Assembly: GCA_942490895.1 (NCBI GenBank)
Contig: CALNZC010000046.1
Span: 21,335-85,334 of the forward strand
Direction: 5' to 3'
From: an uncultured Saprospiraceae bacterium
GTDB lineage: Bacteria; Bacteroidota; Bacteroidia; Chitinophagales; Saprospiraceae
Length of the DNA stretch: 64,000 nt
Part shown: piece after piece, positions 17,606-27,312 of the stretch
Layout: each line of letters opens with the position of its first letter
Numbering within the stretch: position 1 is the first letter of the stretch
Translations under genes and position numbers: made by a program
Notes under the pieces: generated by a model
Seen by the model: only the letters and a program-made list of their open reading frames with translations
What the model was told of the DNA's origin: nothing
The model's database searches: none

Positions 17606-19260
17606 GGTATCGTAGTTCGACCCCTACAGGGCCGCCAACAGCCCTCCCCGTGTGTCGACTATAAACGTTTGACCCCTACGGGGCCAGTTCCTGCTATTGG
17701 ACACATCCTATACCTATGTGTGAAGTGGTGTTTTCGAATTTGAGATCTCTGGTCCGGGACAAACTCAAGCCCCGTAGGGGTGGCAGGTTTATAGCACAAT
17801 GCCTATCCACCTTAATTTCGCCCCGTAGGGGTGATACTGCTACCCCCAGGCATTAAATGAACCCTGCACAACTACCACTTCCAAAAGGAAACCTGCAGGC
17901 TGTATAAGCGCACACAAGGGATGCAATATCAGACCATGTTGCATGATTTGCTTAGTAGGAAACAGCAGTAGTTCGACCCCTACAGGGCCGCCAACAGCCC
18001 TCCCCGTGTGTCGACTAATAAACCTTTGACCCCACGGGGCCAGTTCCTGCTATTGGACACATCCTATACCTATGTGTGAAGTGGTGTTTTCGAATTTGAG
18101 ATCTCTGTGCCGGGACAAACTCAAGCCCCGTAGTGGTGGCAGGTTTATAGCACAATGCCTATCCACCTTAATTTCGCCCCGTAGGGGTGATACTGCTACT
18201 CCCAGGCATTAAATGAACCCTGCACAACTACCACTACCAAAAGGAAACCTGCAGGCTGTATAAGCGCACACAAGGGATGCAATATCAGTCCATGTGCATG
18301 ATTTGTCTATAGGCAAGCAGCAGTAGTTCGACCCCACAGGGCCGCCAACAGTCCCCCCCGGGCGACAAAACGTTTGACCCCTACGGGGCCAGTTCCTTCT
18401 ATTGGACACATCCTATACCTATGTGTGAAGTGGTGTTTTCGAATTTGAGATCTCTGTGCCGGGACAAACTCAAGCCCCGTAGGGGTGGCAGGTTTATAGC
18501 ACAATGCCTATCCACCTTAATTTCGCCCCGTAGGGGTGATACTGCTACTCCCAGGCATTAAATGAACCCTGCACAACTACCACTACCAAAAGGAAACCTG
18601 CAGGCTGTATAAGCGCACACAAGGGATGCAATATCAGTCCATGTGCATGATTTGTCTATAGGCAAGCAGCAGTAGTTCGACCCCTACAGGGCCGCCAACA
18701 GCCCTCCCCGTGTGTCGACTAATAAACCTTTGACCCCACGGGGCCAGTTCCTGCTATTGGACACATCCTATACCTATGTGTGAAGTGGTGTTTTCGAATT
18801 TGAGATCTCTGTGCCGGGACAAACTCAAGCCCCGTAGGGGTGGCAGGTTTATAGCACAATGCCTATCCACCTTAATTTCGCCCCGTAGGGGTGATACTGC
18901 TACTCCCAGGCATTAAATGAACCCTGCACAACTACCACTACCAAAAGGAAACCTGCAGGCTGTATAAGCGCACACAAGGGATGCAATATCAGTCCATGTG
19001 CATGATTTGTCTATAGGTAAGCAGCAGTAGTTCGACCCCTACAGGGCAGCCTGCAGCCCTCCCCGTGTGTCGGCTATAAACGTTTGACCCCTACGGGGCC
19101 ATTGACTTGAGGATTTAGATTAGATATTCACTCTTCAATTCTCTTTATTCAATACCCTTATTGATCGTGAATGATGCCGAAAGTGCCCCATAGGGGTACA
19201 ACATTTATAGTAAACCACTATGGGCATATTCCTTCGCCCCGTAGGGGTGATACTGCTACA
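17606..19260. repeat. Tandem array of 4 near-complete units plus 1 variant unit (period 349-356 nt) of REP-doublet hairpin elements (BIME/REPIN-like)
   Basis: The GTAGTTCGACCCC anchor occurs at 17612, 17968, 18323, 18672 and 19027. Each unit holds 4 CCCCTACGGGG/CCCCGTAGGGG modules in a nested inverted arrangement. Copies 2-4 are essentially identical across the core, right arm and spacer. Confidence 0.95.
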
Positions 19261-19350
19261 CCCAGTCTCTTCGCCAATAGTTCAATTTCCTGGACAATCT
19301 CACCAATTACGGCAAACCAAAAGAAGAGGCCAAAGTATTGATAATTCACC

Positions 19351-20766
19351 CTACCCCTTTTCCTTTTGGAAGGCCTCCAGGGTCTCTTTCGGCACATCCA
19401 TCAAGTCAAGCAGAATGAATCCATCCAATACATCAGAAAAATTGGGATCCAGGTTAAACGCAATAAATTTCGCATTCTGTCGAATATACTGACGCAGTAA
19501 TACCGGAATTTTGAAATGTTCCGGCTCCACATCTTCGATCAAACTGTTTAATTGATCCAGATCACCTTTAAACGATTCTGTCAGCAATTTCAGGGCCTCA
19601 TCATCCACATTGAATTCAAATTGCTTTCGTGGCTTCAAAAATCTCGCCAGGCGATGATCAAAAAAATGTTCACGCACAAAATAAATAATTAGACTTTTTG
19701 AAATATCTGAATAGTACTTACTGATACTGACCGGACCATATAAATATCGGTATTTCGGATTTTTTAATAAAAAGCTTAAAATTCCCTGCCACAATAAAAA
19801 CAGGGGCAATCTCTTTTTTTGATATTCCTGAATAATATAGGATCGGCCCAACTCCAGGGCCTGTGGGAAAATGCTATAAAATCCCTTTTTGATCTTAAAT
19901 AAACTGCTGACATAAAATCCCTGAGCACCATAATCACTAAATATTTTATCGCCACGACCCATACGATAACCGCCGACAATTCGTCTGGCCTCTTTATCCC
20001 AAATGATCAGCTGTTCATAGTATAAGTCATATTCATCCAGGTCCAATTCCTTACCCGTCCCTTCACCAACAGATCGAAATGTCAATTCACGTAAACGCCC
20101 AATTTCCTGAAGACCGATGGGAATCTGTTCGGCACGAACGAGCCACACTTCAAATTCGGCCTGTCGGGTGACACACTGGTCAGCGGATAATTTGGCAATT
20201 TCTGCTTCGATTTCTTTTGGATCACACGCATCAATGACCGGTTCCTGGACCTCCTCCTGCTCAGGTTGGTGGAGATAAAACTGTCTGAGCTCTAGTGCCG
20301 AATCCATCAACCGAATTTTGGTCAACAAAAATCGTCGCACCTGGTCGCGTGATTCAAATCGGGATTGATCTTCAGGGGTAACACCCTTCCCCAATCGGAG
20401 TTGGAGGTTATTTTCGATCCTGGAGACAAATCCGGGGATAATCGTCCATCCTTTATCTCGTAAAAATCGGAGCCACATTCTGATGAATACATTGATCAGA
20501 ATGGTCAAAGGAGCCTCTCGTTGAATATCGTAAACCAGTAATACCCCTTGATCTTCGGGCATCTTTTCAACAAGCTCTAAAAATCGCCAATAGGCAGGCT
20601 TCCAGGTGAAAGGTTGCAATCGAAATAACTCACTCAGACTGATGACCATCTGACCCGTACTGATAGCCAGATCCTCTGCAACTTCTTTGGGTAATGGCCC
20701 CTCATGTCGGATCAGCATACCGACTGCTCTGTTTGCTGGAAGATGTTTTTGTCCCTGGATATCCAC
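19351..20766 (-). CDS. GNAT-type N-acyltransferase of the OlsB/GlsB (lipoamino-acid / hemolysin-like) family with an N-terminal extension
   Basis: The C-terminal half (LRELTFRSVGEGTGKELDLDEYDLYYEQLIIWD...IVGGYRMG...ALELGRSYIIQEYQKK..PLFLLWQGI) matches the OlsB-like acyltransferase pattern. The N-terminal 200 aa are unassigned. GTG start. Confidence 0.65.
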   Translation of the reverse strand: MDIQGQKHLPANRAVGMLIRHEGPLPKEVAEDLAISTGQMVISLSELFRLQPFTWKPAYWRFLELVEKMPEDQGVLLVYDIQREAPLTILINVFIRMWLRFLRDKGWTIIPGFVSRIENNLQLRLGKGVTPEDQSRFESRDQVRRFLLTKIRLMDSALELRQFYLHQPEQEEVQEPVIDACDPKEIEAEIAKLSADQCVTRQAEFEVWLVRAEQIPIGLQEIGRLRELTFRSVGEGTGKELDLDEYDLYYEQLIIWDKEARRIVGGYRMGRGDKIFSDYGAQGFYVSSLFKIKKGFYSIFPQALELGRSYIIQEYQKKRLPLFLLWQGILSFLLKNPKYRYLYGPVSISKYYSDISKSLIIYFVREHFFDHRLARFLKPRKQFEFNVDDEALKLLTESFKGDLDQLNSLIEDVEPEHFKIPVLLRQYIRQNAKFIAFNLDPNFSDVLDGFILLDLMDVPKETLEAFQKEKG

Positions 20767-20784
20767 TATGCTGAAAATTGAGGA

Positions 20785-21354
20785 TTATTCTGGCAAACCT
20801 TCAACACTGACCCGCCCCTCCGGAGCGAAAATTCTCCGTCGACTGAAGTCTTGGTTGGCTTCAAATCCCATCCCCCAAATCTTTTCCTCCGGGGTGGTGA
20901 CTAACACAAATTTTTGCGTGAAGACTAATTGCCTGGCTTCATCCCAGATCAATTCTTCAGTCTCTAACTGTTCACCCTCGATATTTCGAAAGACCACATT
21001 ACCTATGACTTTGATCTCTTTTTTCTTGGCTTGTCGCACACCAAAGTCAGCGATTAATGTACTGGACACCTGACCCCTCTGATCATAGAACGTCACTTTC
21101 ACGCCTTCCGGGAATTCATCCCTGGGATCTTCACGAGTCGTGTATTTGACCAATTTGTCTGCATCGATACGGGCCTTGAGTTGCATAGAGTCACTATATA
21201 AAGTGACCACATCATGCACCACCTCAACATCCGCAGACGTCAGCATAGGGTCAGGCGAAAACGTTGTCTTTTCTTCTTGACAGGAGCTGAATCCAAAACC
21301 AGCAATGACCAGAAGAGCACAGAAAAGAAAGGTTCGTATCATTCGGCCATTCAT
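20785..21354 (-). CDS. lptC: LptC-like LPS export periplasmic lipoprotein
   Basis: Lipoprotein signal ...LLVIAGFGFSSC. Size and beta-jellyroll-like pattern (VTLYSDSMQ...KVTFYDQRG...IGNVVFRN..GEQLETEELIWDE) are typical of Bacteroidota LptC. Confidence 0.65.
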   Translation of the reverse strand: MNGRMIRTFLFCALLVIAGFGFSSCQEEKTTFSPDPMLTSADVEVVHDVVTLYSDSMQLKARIDADKLVKYTTREDPRDEFPEGVKVTFYDQRGQVSSTLIADFGVRQAKKKEIKVIGNVVFRNIEGEQLETEELIWDEARQLVFTQKFVLVTTPEEKIWGMGFEANQDFSRRRIFAPEGRVSVEGLPE

Positions 21355-24300
21355 TACATGTTCCTTCGATACTGACCGCCTACTTCATAAAGCGCATGAG
21401 TGATCTGACCGAGTGAACAAATTTTGGTGGCTTGCATGAGTGCCTCAAATACATTCTCATTATGCAAGGCTCGCTTTTGCAATTCTTGTAAGGCTGCTTC
21501 GCCATCTTTCGCATGAGCCTTTTGCAGGTTTTGCAAATTCCCGATCTGCCATTCCTTTTCATCCGTCGTTGAGCGGATGACTTCCTGTGGGATGATCGTC
21601 GGCGAACCATCCCTCGACAGGAACGTATTCACACCGATGATCGGGAATTCTCCTGTGTGCTTCAACGTCTCATAATAGAGACTCTCCTCCTGAATTTTAC
21701 TGCGCTGGTACATGGTTTCCATAGCCCCCAAAACACCACCACGTTCGGTGATCCGATCAAATTCTGTGAGAACCGCTTCCTCCACCAGATCTGTCAACTC
21801 TTCGATAATGAATGAACCCTGCAGTGGGTTTTCATTCTTCGCCATTCCCAATTCATGGTTGATGATCATTTGAATAGCGACTGCCCGGCGAACACTCTCC
21901 TCAGTCGGTGTAGTGATCGCTTCATCATATGCATTGGTATGGAGTGAATTGCAGTTGTCATAAATCGCATACAAGGCTTGCAGCGTCGTCCGAATATCAT
22001 TAAACGAGATCTCCTGCGCGTGCAAGCTTCTGCCGGATGTTTGGATATGGTATTTGAGCATCTGTGAACGCTCATTTGCCCCATATTTTTCCTTCATGGC
22101 TTTTGCCCAGATCCGTCTGGACACTCGGCCGATCACTGCATATTCAGCGTCCACCCCATTGGAAAAGAAGAAGGACAGATTGGGTGCAAAGTCGTTGATG
22201 TCCATCCCGCGGGACAGATAGTATTCAACGAATGTAAATCCGTTGGCCAATGTAAAAGCCAGCTGGCTAATCGGATTCGCACCTGCCTCTGCAATATGAT
22301 ATCCGGAAATAGAAACAGAATAGAAATTCCGCACATTTCGATCGATGAAATATGCCTGAACATCACCCATCAATTTGAGCGAAAATTCAGTAGAGAAAAT
22401 ACACGTATTCTGGGCCTGATCCTCTTTCAGGATGTCGGCCTGAACTGTGCCCCGAACTGCGGCCAGCGCTTTTATTTTTTGCTCTTCGTAAATGGCAGGA
22501 TCCAGGATCTGGTCGCCGGTAATACCGAGTAAGAGCAAACCGAGCCCATCATTACCCTGTGGCAGAGGTCCTTCATATTTGGGACGGGACAACCCGTGAT
22601 CATCATAGAGTGCTTTAAGCTTCTGATCTACTTTCCCTTCCAGACCATGCTCCCGGATATACCGCTCACATTGCTGGTCGATCGCAGCATTCATGAAAAA
22701 CGCACAGATGGTCGCGGCAGGCCCATTAATCGTCATTGAGACCGAGGTCTTGGGATCACAGAGGTCAAAACCCGAATACAACTTTTTTGCATCATCCAGG
22801 GAACACACGCTCACGCCCGAATTGCCGATTTTCCCGTAGATATCCGGACGATGATCGGGATCTTCACCGTAAAGCGTCACCGAATCAAACGCCGTTGAAA
22901 GTCGGTTGGCAGGCATATCCTGTGAGAGGTAGTGAAACCGTCGATTCGTCCGTTCAGGGCCTCCTTCTCCTGCAAACATTCGAGTGGGGTCTTCTCCCTT
23001 CCGTTTGAACGGAAACACGCCCGCTGTATATGGAAACTCGCCGGGAACATTCTCCAGGAGAACCCATCGTAATATCTCGCCCCAATCCTTGAATTTGGGC
23101 AGGATAACTCTGGGGATCCGGGTATGTGAAAGAGTCTCTGTATAGGTGGGTACACGAATCTCCTTTCCTCGAACACTGTAGATAAACTCGTCGCCCTCGT
23201 AGTTTTGCTTTTTGGCCGCCCAATCCTGTAAAATCTGCCAGCAAGTTCTGTCAAGCTCTTGCTCTTTGATCCGCGCTTGTTCGCGAAGTGTCTCCAGAAG
23301 TTGAGCAGAGGTTTGACCCTGCCCTTCCAGTAACTGGATCGTGCTTTGTATACCCTGGAGTTGGCTGGCTATGGAGACCTGCCTGGCCACCCATTGGTCG
23401 TATCTCCGGTTGTTTTCGGAGATCTCGGACAGATAGCGGGTACGATTAGGTGGGATGATATAGATCTTCTCACTCATCTCCTCTCCGGGATGAAAATCGG
23501 ATTTCAGGTCAGCTCCTGTCCGTTCCACCAGGAGGTCCATGATCCGTCGGTACAACTGATTGGTACCCGGATCGTTGAACTGAGAGGCGATCGTCCCGAT
23601 AACAGGCATATCGTCTACCGGGCGCTCAAATAATTGATGATTGCGCTGGTATTGTTTGCGAACATCCCGCAAAGCATCCAGAGCCCCCCTCTTGTCAAAT
23701 TTGTTGATCGCGATCGCATCCGCAAAGTCGAGCATGTCGATCTTCTCCAACTGAGTGGCTGCCCCGTATTCCGGAGTCATCACATAGAGGGACATATCCG
23801 AATGATCCACGATCTCTGTGTCTGATTGACCGATACCGGAAGTCTCCAGAATGATCATGTCATATCCTGCCGCCTTGAGAATGGTCAGGGCTGACTGTAC
23901 ATGTGCACTAAGGGCTAAATTACTCTGGCGAGTGGCCAGTGAACGCATGAAAGCACGATCACTCTTTACGGCATTCATGCGGATGCGGTCACCAAGCAAA
24001 GCCCCACCCGTTTTCCTCTTGGAAGGATCGACAGAGACGATGGCAATGGATTTGTCCTGAAAATCGATCAGAAACCTGCGGACCAACTCATCGACCAAAC
24101 TTGATTTTCCTGCACCACCGGTCCCTGTGATACCCAGAATCGGTACTGTTTTTTCAGGAAGCCCCTTGGATAGCTCTGCTAACCAGTCCTGGTTCTGATC
24201 CGGATAATTCTCAACAGCAGAGATCAATCGAGCGACTACACCAGGATTGGATTGATCCAGTTTCTTTACCTCCCCATTCAAATGATCACCAATGGGATAA

Positions 24301-24731
24301 TCACATTGTTCGAGAACATCATTGATCATGCCCTGCAGGCCGAGGTGGCGTCCATCATCCGGGGAGTAGATGCGGGTAATCCCATACTGATGCAATTCCT
24401 CAATCTCGGAAGGCAATATAGTCCCACCTCCTCCTCCGAAAATTTTGACATGCCCGGATCCGCGTTCTTTCAGCAGATCATACATGTACTTGAAAAACTC
24501 ATTATGCCCCCCTTGGTAAGAGGTGATGGCTATCCCTTGTGCATCTTCCTGAATGGCTGCATCAACGATCTCTTGCACGGAGCGATTGTGACCCAGGTGA
24601 ATGATCTCCGCTCCGGAACTCTGCATGATCCGCCGCATGATATTGATCGCAGCATCATGTCCGTCAAACAACGAGGCAGCGGTGACCAGTCGGACTTTAT
24701 TCTTAGTCGTATAAGAGGATACCTTTTCCAT
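21354..24731 (-). CDS. icmF: Fused isobutyryl-CoA mutase (B12-binding domain + MeaB-like GTPase + mutase domain)
   Basis: Start taken at MEKVSSY (24731). The track's upstream extension would overlap the NUDIX gene. B12 motif [11 protein letters not shown]-loop [17 protein letters not shown], and a long mutase barrel ([12 protein letters not shown]-like [19 protein letters not shown]). Confidence 0.9.
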   Translation of the reverse strand: MEKVSSYTTKNKVRLVTAASLFDGHDAAINIMRRIMQSSGAEIIHLGHNRSVQEIVDAAIQEDAQGIAITSYQGGHNEFFKYMYDLLKERGSGHVKIFGGGGGTILPSEIEELHQYGITRIYSPDDGRHLGLQGMINDVLEQCDYPIGDHLNGEVKKLDQSNPGVVARLISAVENYPDQNQDWLAELSKGLPEKTVPILGITGTGGAGKSSLVDELVRRFLIDFQDKSIAIVSVDPSKRKTGGALLGDRIRMNAVKSDRAFMRSLATRQSNLALSAHVQSALTILKAAGYDMIILETSGIGQSDTEIVDHSDMSLYVMTPEYGAATQLEKIDMLDFADAIAINKFDKRGALDALRDVRKQYQRNHQLFERPVDDMPVIGTIASQFNDPGTNQLYRRIMDLLVERTGADLKSDFHPGEEMSEKIYIIPPNRTRYLSEISENNRRYDQWVARQVSIASQLQGIQSTIQLLEGQGQTSAQLLETLREQARIKEQELDRTCWQILQDWAAKKQNYEGDEFIYSVRGKEIRVPTYTETLSHTRIPRVILPKFKDWGEILRWVLLENVPGEFPYTAGVFPFKRKGEDPTRMFAGEGGPERTNRRFHYLSQDMPANRLSTAFDSVTLYGEDPDHRPDIYGKIGNSGVSVCSLDDAKKLYSGFDLCDPKTSVSMTINGPAATICAFFMNAAIDQQCERYIREHGLEGKVDQKLKALYDDHGLSRPKYEGPLPQGNDGLGLLLLGITGDQILDPAIYEEQKIKALAAVRGTVQADILKEDQAQNTCIFSTEFSLKLMGDVQAYFIDRNVRNFYSVSISGYHIAEAGANPISQLAFTLANGFTFVEYYLSRGMDINDFAPNLSFFFSNGVDAEYAVIGRVSRRIWAKAMKEKYGANERSQMLKYHIQTSGRSLHAQEISFNDIRTTLQALYAIYDNCNSLHTNAYDEAITTPTEESVRRAVAIQMIINHELGMAKNENPLQGSFIIEELTDLVEEAVLTEFDRITERGGVLGAMETMYQRSKIQEESLYYETLKHTGEFPIIGVNTFLSRDGSPTIIPQEVIRSTTDEKEWQIGNLQNLQKAHAKDGEAALQELQKRALHNENVFEALMQATKICSLGQITHALYEVGGQYRRNM

Positions 24732-24771
24732 GGATGTGCATTTCTGAATTCGAAAAACAAAGATACAGAAC

Positions 24772-25407
24772 TCACAGAGCCTCCCACCAAGTTTGGAACT
24801 CACTGAGGATCATCGCAGTAGCTCCCCAGACGATCTGACCATCCAGATGGTAGTAGGGTACATCCCGCAACGTGAATCCGGAGTGAATGGTGATATCGGT
24901 GAGTTGCTGCTTGGCAGGATCCAGAATATGACGCAGGGGGACCTCCAGGATCCCGTCCACTTCTTCTGGCTGTAGTGTAAAGGAAGGTCGTTCCTCTGCT
25001 ATTCCCAGGAAAGGATGGACCAGGAAATTGCTAACAGGGATATACAATGGGGTTAATTCGCGTAAAACCCGGATCTGTTGGCGAGCTACACCAATCTCTT
25101 CTTCCGTCTCCCGAACTGCACTTGCAGCCATATCCGGGTCTATTTTCTCCCGTTTTCCTCCCGGAAAACTGATCTGACCCTTGTGCTTATCCTGCTCAAT
25201 CCGGCCAGCCCGGCGGATAAAGACTGTATATACTTCTTCTTCTCGGGGATACAACAACATGAGGACACCGGCATCTCGTGCCGTTTCCGGAGGTGTGGTC
25301 GGGTGCGGATACCGACCTATGTGGGCCATCCGGTATTGGGCAGATTGCCCTGGCAACGGATGATCGGGGAGACGTGGCAGTCGGGTTAAGAATTGAGACC
25401 AATGCAA
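24772..25407 (-). CDS. NUDIX hydrolase, CoA pyrophosphatase-like
   Basis: Nudix box [24 protein letters not shown]. An upstream LLY/IRR pattern is typical of the NudL/Nudt7 group. TTG start at 25407, so the start is uncertain. Confidence 0.85.
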   Translation of the reverse strand: MHWSQFLTRLPRLPDHPLPGQSAQYRMAHIGRYPHPTTPPETARDAGVLMLLYPREEEVYTVFIRRAGRIEQDKHKGQISFPGGKREKIDPDMAASAVRETEEEIGVARQQIRVLRELTPLYIPVSNFLVHPFLGIAEERPSFTLQPEEVDGILEVPLRHILDPAKQQLTDITIHSGFTLRDVPYYHLDGQIVWGATAMILSEFQTWWEAL

Positions 25408-25475
25408 AAGTTCCTGTTTGCAGGTACAACAACCGAAATGGAGAGGGGTTTTGAACTCAAGAGGTACCGGGCGGA

Positions 25476-26243
25476 TTAATCATCCGGATTGGACAACTTC
25501 AGGTAGTTCTCCAGGGCAGTGGTCATCGAAGGAACATCGGGCTCAGGCGCCTTGATGTTGATATACAGCCCAGCTTCTTCTGTTGCTTTCACAGTACTAT
25601 CGCCAAAGACGGCGAATCGGGTTTCACCTTGTGCGAAATCCGGGAAGTTGTCAAAGAGTGATTTAATCCCCAGTGGACTGAAGAATACCAGCACATCGTA
25701 GAAGATGTTCCGCAGATCGGACAGGTCCGAACTAACGGTCTGGTACATCATGGCCTCCTGGTAGTTGAACTTGTTGTCCTTGAGAAAAGAGGTGACATCC
25801 TGGGCTCCGAGATTGGAGCAGGGCAGGAGAAATTTTTCCTTATCCCGATGTTTGATCAACGCCGGCTTGAGATCAAGGATGGTTCGCGTTCCTGCAAACA
25901 CCTTTCTCTTGCGATAGACAATGAACTTCTGGAGATAATTGGCAATGGACTCCGTCAGGCAGAAATATTTCAGATCTTCAGAGATCTTGTACCGCAACTC
26001 CTCGCACATCCGGAAGAAATGGTCAACTGAATACATACTGGTGAATATGATTGCAGTGTACTCTTCCGGGTAAACCTTGAATTTGCGGAAATCTTTAGCC
26101 GATAATCCTTCGACATGAATGAACGGACGCCAATCAATGGTCAATCCGTATTTTTCCTCCAATTGATAGTAAGGGGACCTTTCTGGTTTAGGCTGTGAAA
26201 CCAGAATGGTTTTAACCCGCTTATGCGTCTCCTTTACTGCCAT
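25476..26243 (-). CDS. hemD: Uroporphyrinogen-III synthase family protein
   Basis: 255 aa, KTILVSQPKP...AIIFTS...VFFSPLGIKSLF. The pairing with an upstream DUF4271 gene is typical of Bacteroidota. Confidence 0.8.
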   Translation of the reverse strand: MAVKETHKRVKTILVSQPKPERSPYYQLEEKYGLTIDWRPFIHVEGLSAKDFRKFKVYPEEYTAIIFTSMYSVDHFFRMCEELRYKISEDLKYFCLTESIANYLQKFIVYRKRKVFAGTRTILDLKPALIKHRDKEKFLLPCSNLGAQDVTSFLKDNKFNYQEAMMYQTVSSDLSDLRNIFYDVLVFFSPLGIKSLFDNFPDFAQGETRFAVFGDSTVKATEEAGLYINIKAPEPDVPSMTTALENYLKLSNPDD

Positions 26244-26270
26244 GCGTACTTACCGTTAGCCTTGTCTTGT

Positions 26271-27164
26271 TCATTGAAACGCCCCACTACTCAGCCACTT
26301 CCATAAAACCAGCACGGGCGCCAATTCGATCGCGCAAAGGTAGAGAAAAAAGTGCATTGGATGTCTCATCAAAGATGGCAAGCCAATCCAAAGGCCTCTG
26401 GCGATCCGCAGCAGATAACTGAGCCCCACAATTGTGAAGACCGTATAGAGAAAAAAGTCGCGCCCCCCCCCAGCCGTATAACTGATCGCAATATTCAAAG
26501 GAAACAAGACCAAACCCAGAATACCATTGTACAGGTTAATGGTAAAACTGTATTGCTTGATCGGCTTCATCATATCAAAGATCTCGCCGTAGAGCCACAG
26601 GATCAGATGTTTAGCGGCATATATGCCTGCTACTCCCAGAGAAAAGTAGAGCAAAAACATAGGATCTTCTCCAGGAAAAACGGATCCCGTATACCAGTTG
26701 ACCGTGAGATAAAGCAAGATTCCCGCATTGAAAAAGAAAAAGAGATACCACAAAAAATAAGGTGATGCCTGGGTACGCTCCCGGTTTCGAAGCAGGGAAA
26801 ACGTGAGCTGATCATTGAACATCCCTTTGATCATTTGACCAAGGATGGACCGGCCCATACTGATCAAGAAGGTCAGCATAATGAACAATCCCATGTACAG
26901 CCAGAACAGAATACCCGGTGCCCGGACATATCGGCGGTCTTCCAGTCGTTGAACACGATCCGGTTGAACAGCTGAAGGCAAATAGGCTCTAATCACTGCA
27001 GCTTCCGGGCCACGAATCAACTCGAAGGGGTTTCGGGAGCTGAACGCGATCTGCTGACGTTCATCAACGGATAGACGATGCCGCAACTCAAACGGATTAG
27101 GTTGAGCGGTGACCCCTACATAGAGAGAACACAAGAGGAGTACGGTCAGAATATGCGGACGCAT
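26271..27164 (-). CDS. DUF4271-like multi-pass membrane protein
   Basis: Start taken at MRPHILTVLLLCSLYV (ATG at 27164). Signal sequence plus about 6 TM segments. Conserved position next to hemD. Confidence 0.7.
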   Translation of the reverse strand: MRPHILTVLLLCSLYVGVTAQPNPFELRHRLSVDERQQIAFSSRNPFELIRGPEAAVIRAYLPSAVQPDRVQRLEDRRYVRAPGILFWLYMGLFIMLTFLISMGRSILGQMIKGMFNDQLTFSLLRNRERTQASPYFLWYLFFFFNAGILLYLTVNWYTGSVFPGEDPMFLLYFSLGVAGIYAAKHLILWLYGEIFDMMKPIKQYSFTINLYNGILGLVLFPLNIAISYTAGGGRDFFLYTVFTIVGLSYLLRIARGLWIGLPSLMRHPMHFFLYLCAIELAPVLVLWKWLSSGAFQ

Positions 27165-27312
27165 CCAGCAAAGGTAGGCAGGGTGAATGGGACCTCGGTT
27201 ATCCCTTCTTCGGAATTCAATTGAGGAGACAAGCCGCATGTTTCATCAAGGTGAACATGGGATTAACGCTTCATTCAGATTGCCGATGGTGGAAATCTGT
27301 ATTTTTGAACCT

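Noticed and set aside
18209-18504. Track ORFs 18209..18409 and 18307..18504 (-), and 19220..19492 (+), inside the repeat array
   Set aside because: They are translations of tandem repeat DNA, are repeated only because the DNA is repeated, and have no protein-like features.
17606-19260. Possible CRISPR array
   Set aside because: The period is about 355 nt, not 60-75 nt. The units are near-identical throughout and do not alternate repeats with unique spacers. No cas genes are in the window.
17606-19260. Possible integron cassette array (attC-like nested inverted repeats)
   Set aside because: No integrase gene is present. The module ends (CTATAAAC / GTTTATAG) do not fit the R''/R' RYYYAAC/GTTRRRY cores. 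The units carry no ORFs.
24732-24803. 24-codon N-terminal extension of icmF in the ORF track
   Set aside because: It would overlap the 3' end of the NUDIX gene, and its sequence is odd ([13 protein letters not shown]). The internal ATG at 24731 precedes the conserved B12-binding domain at a normal distance.
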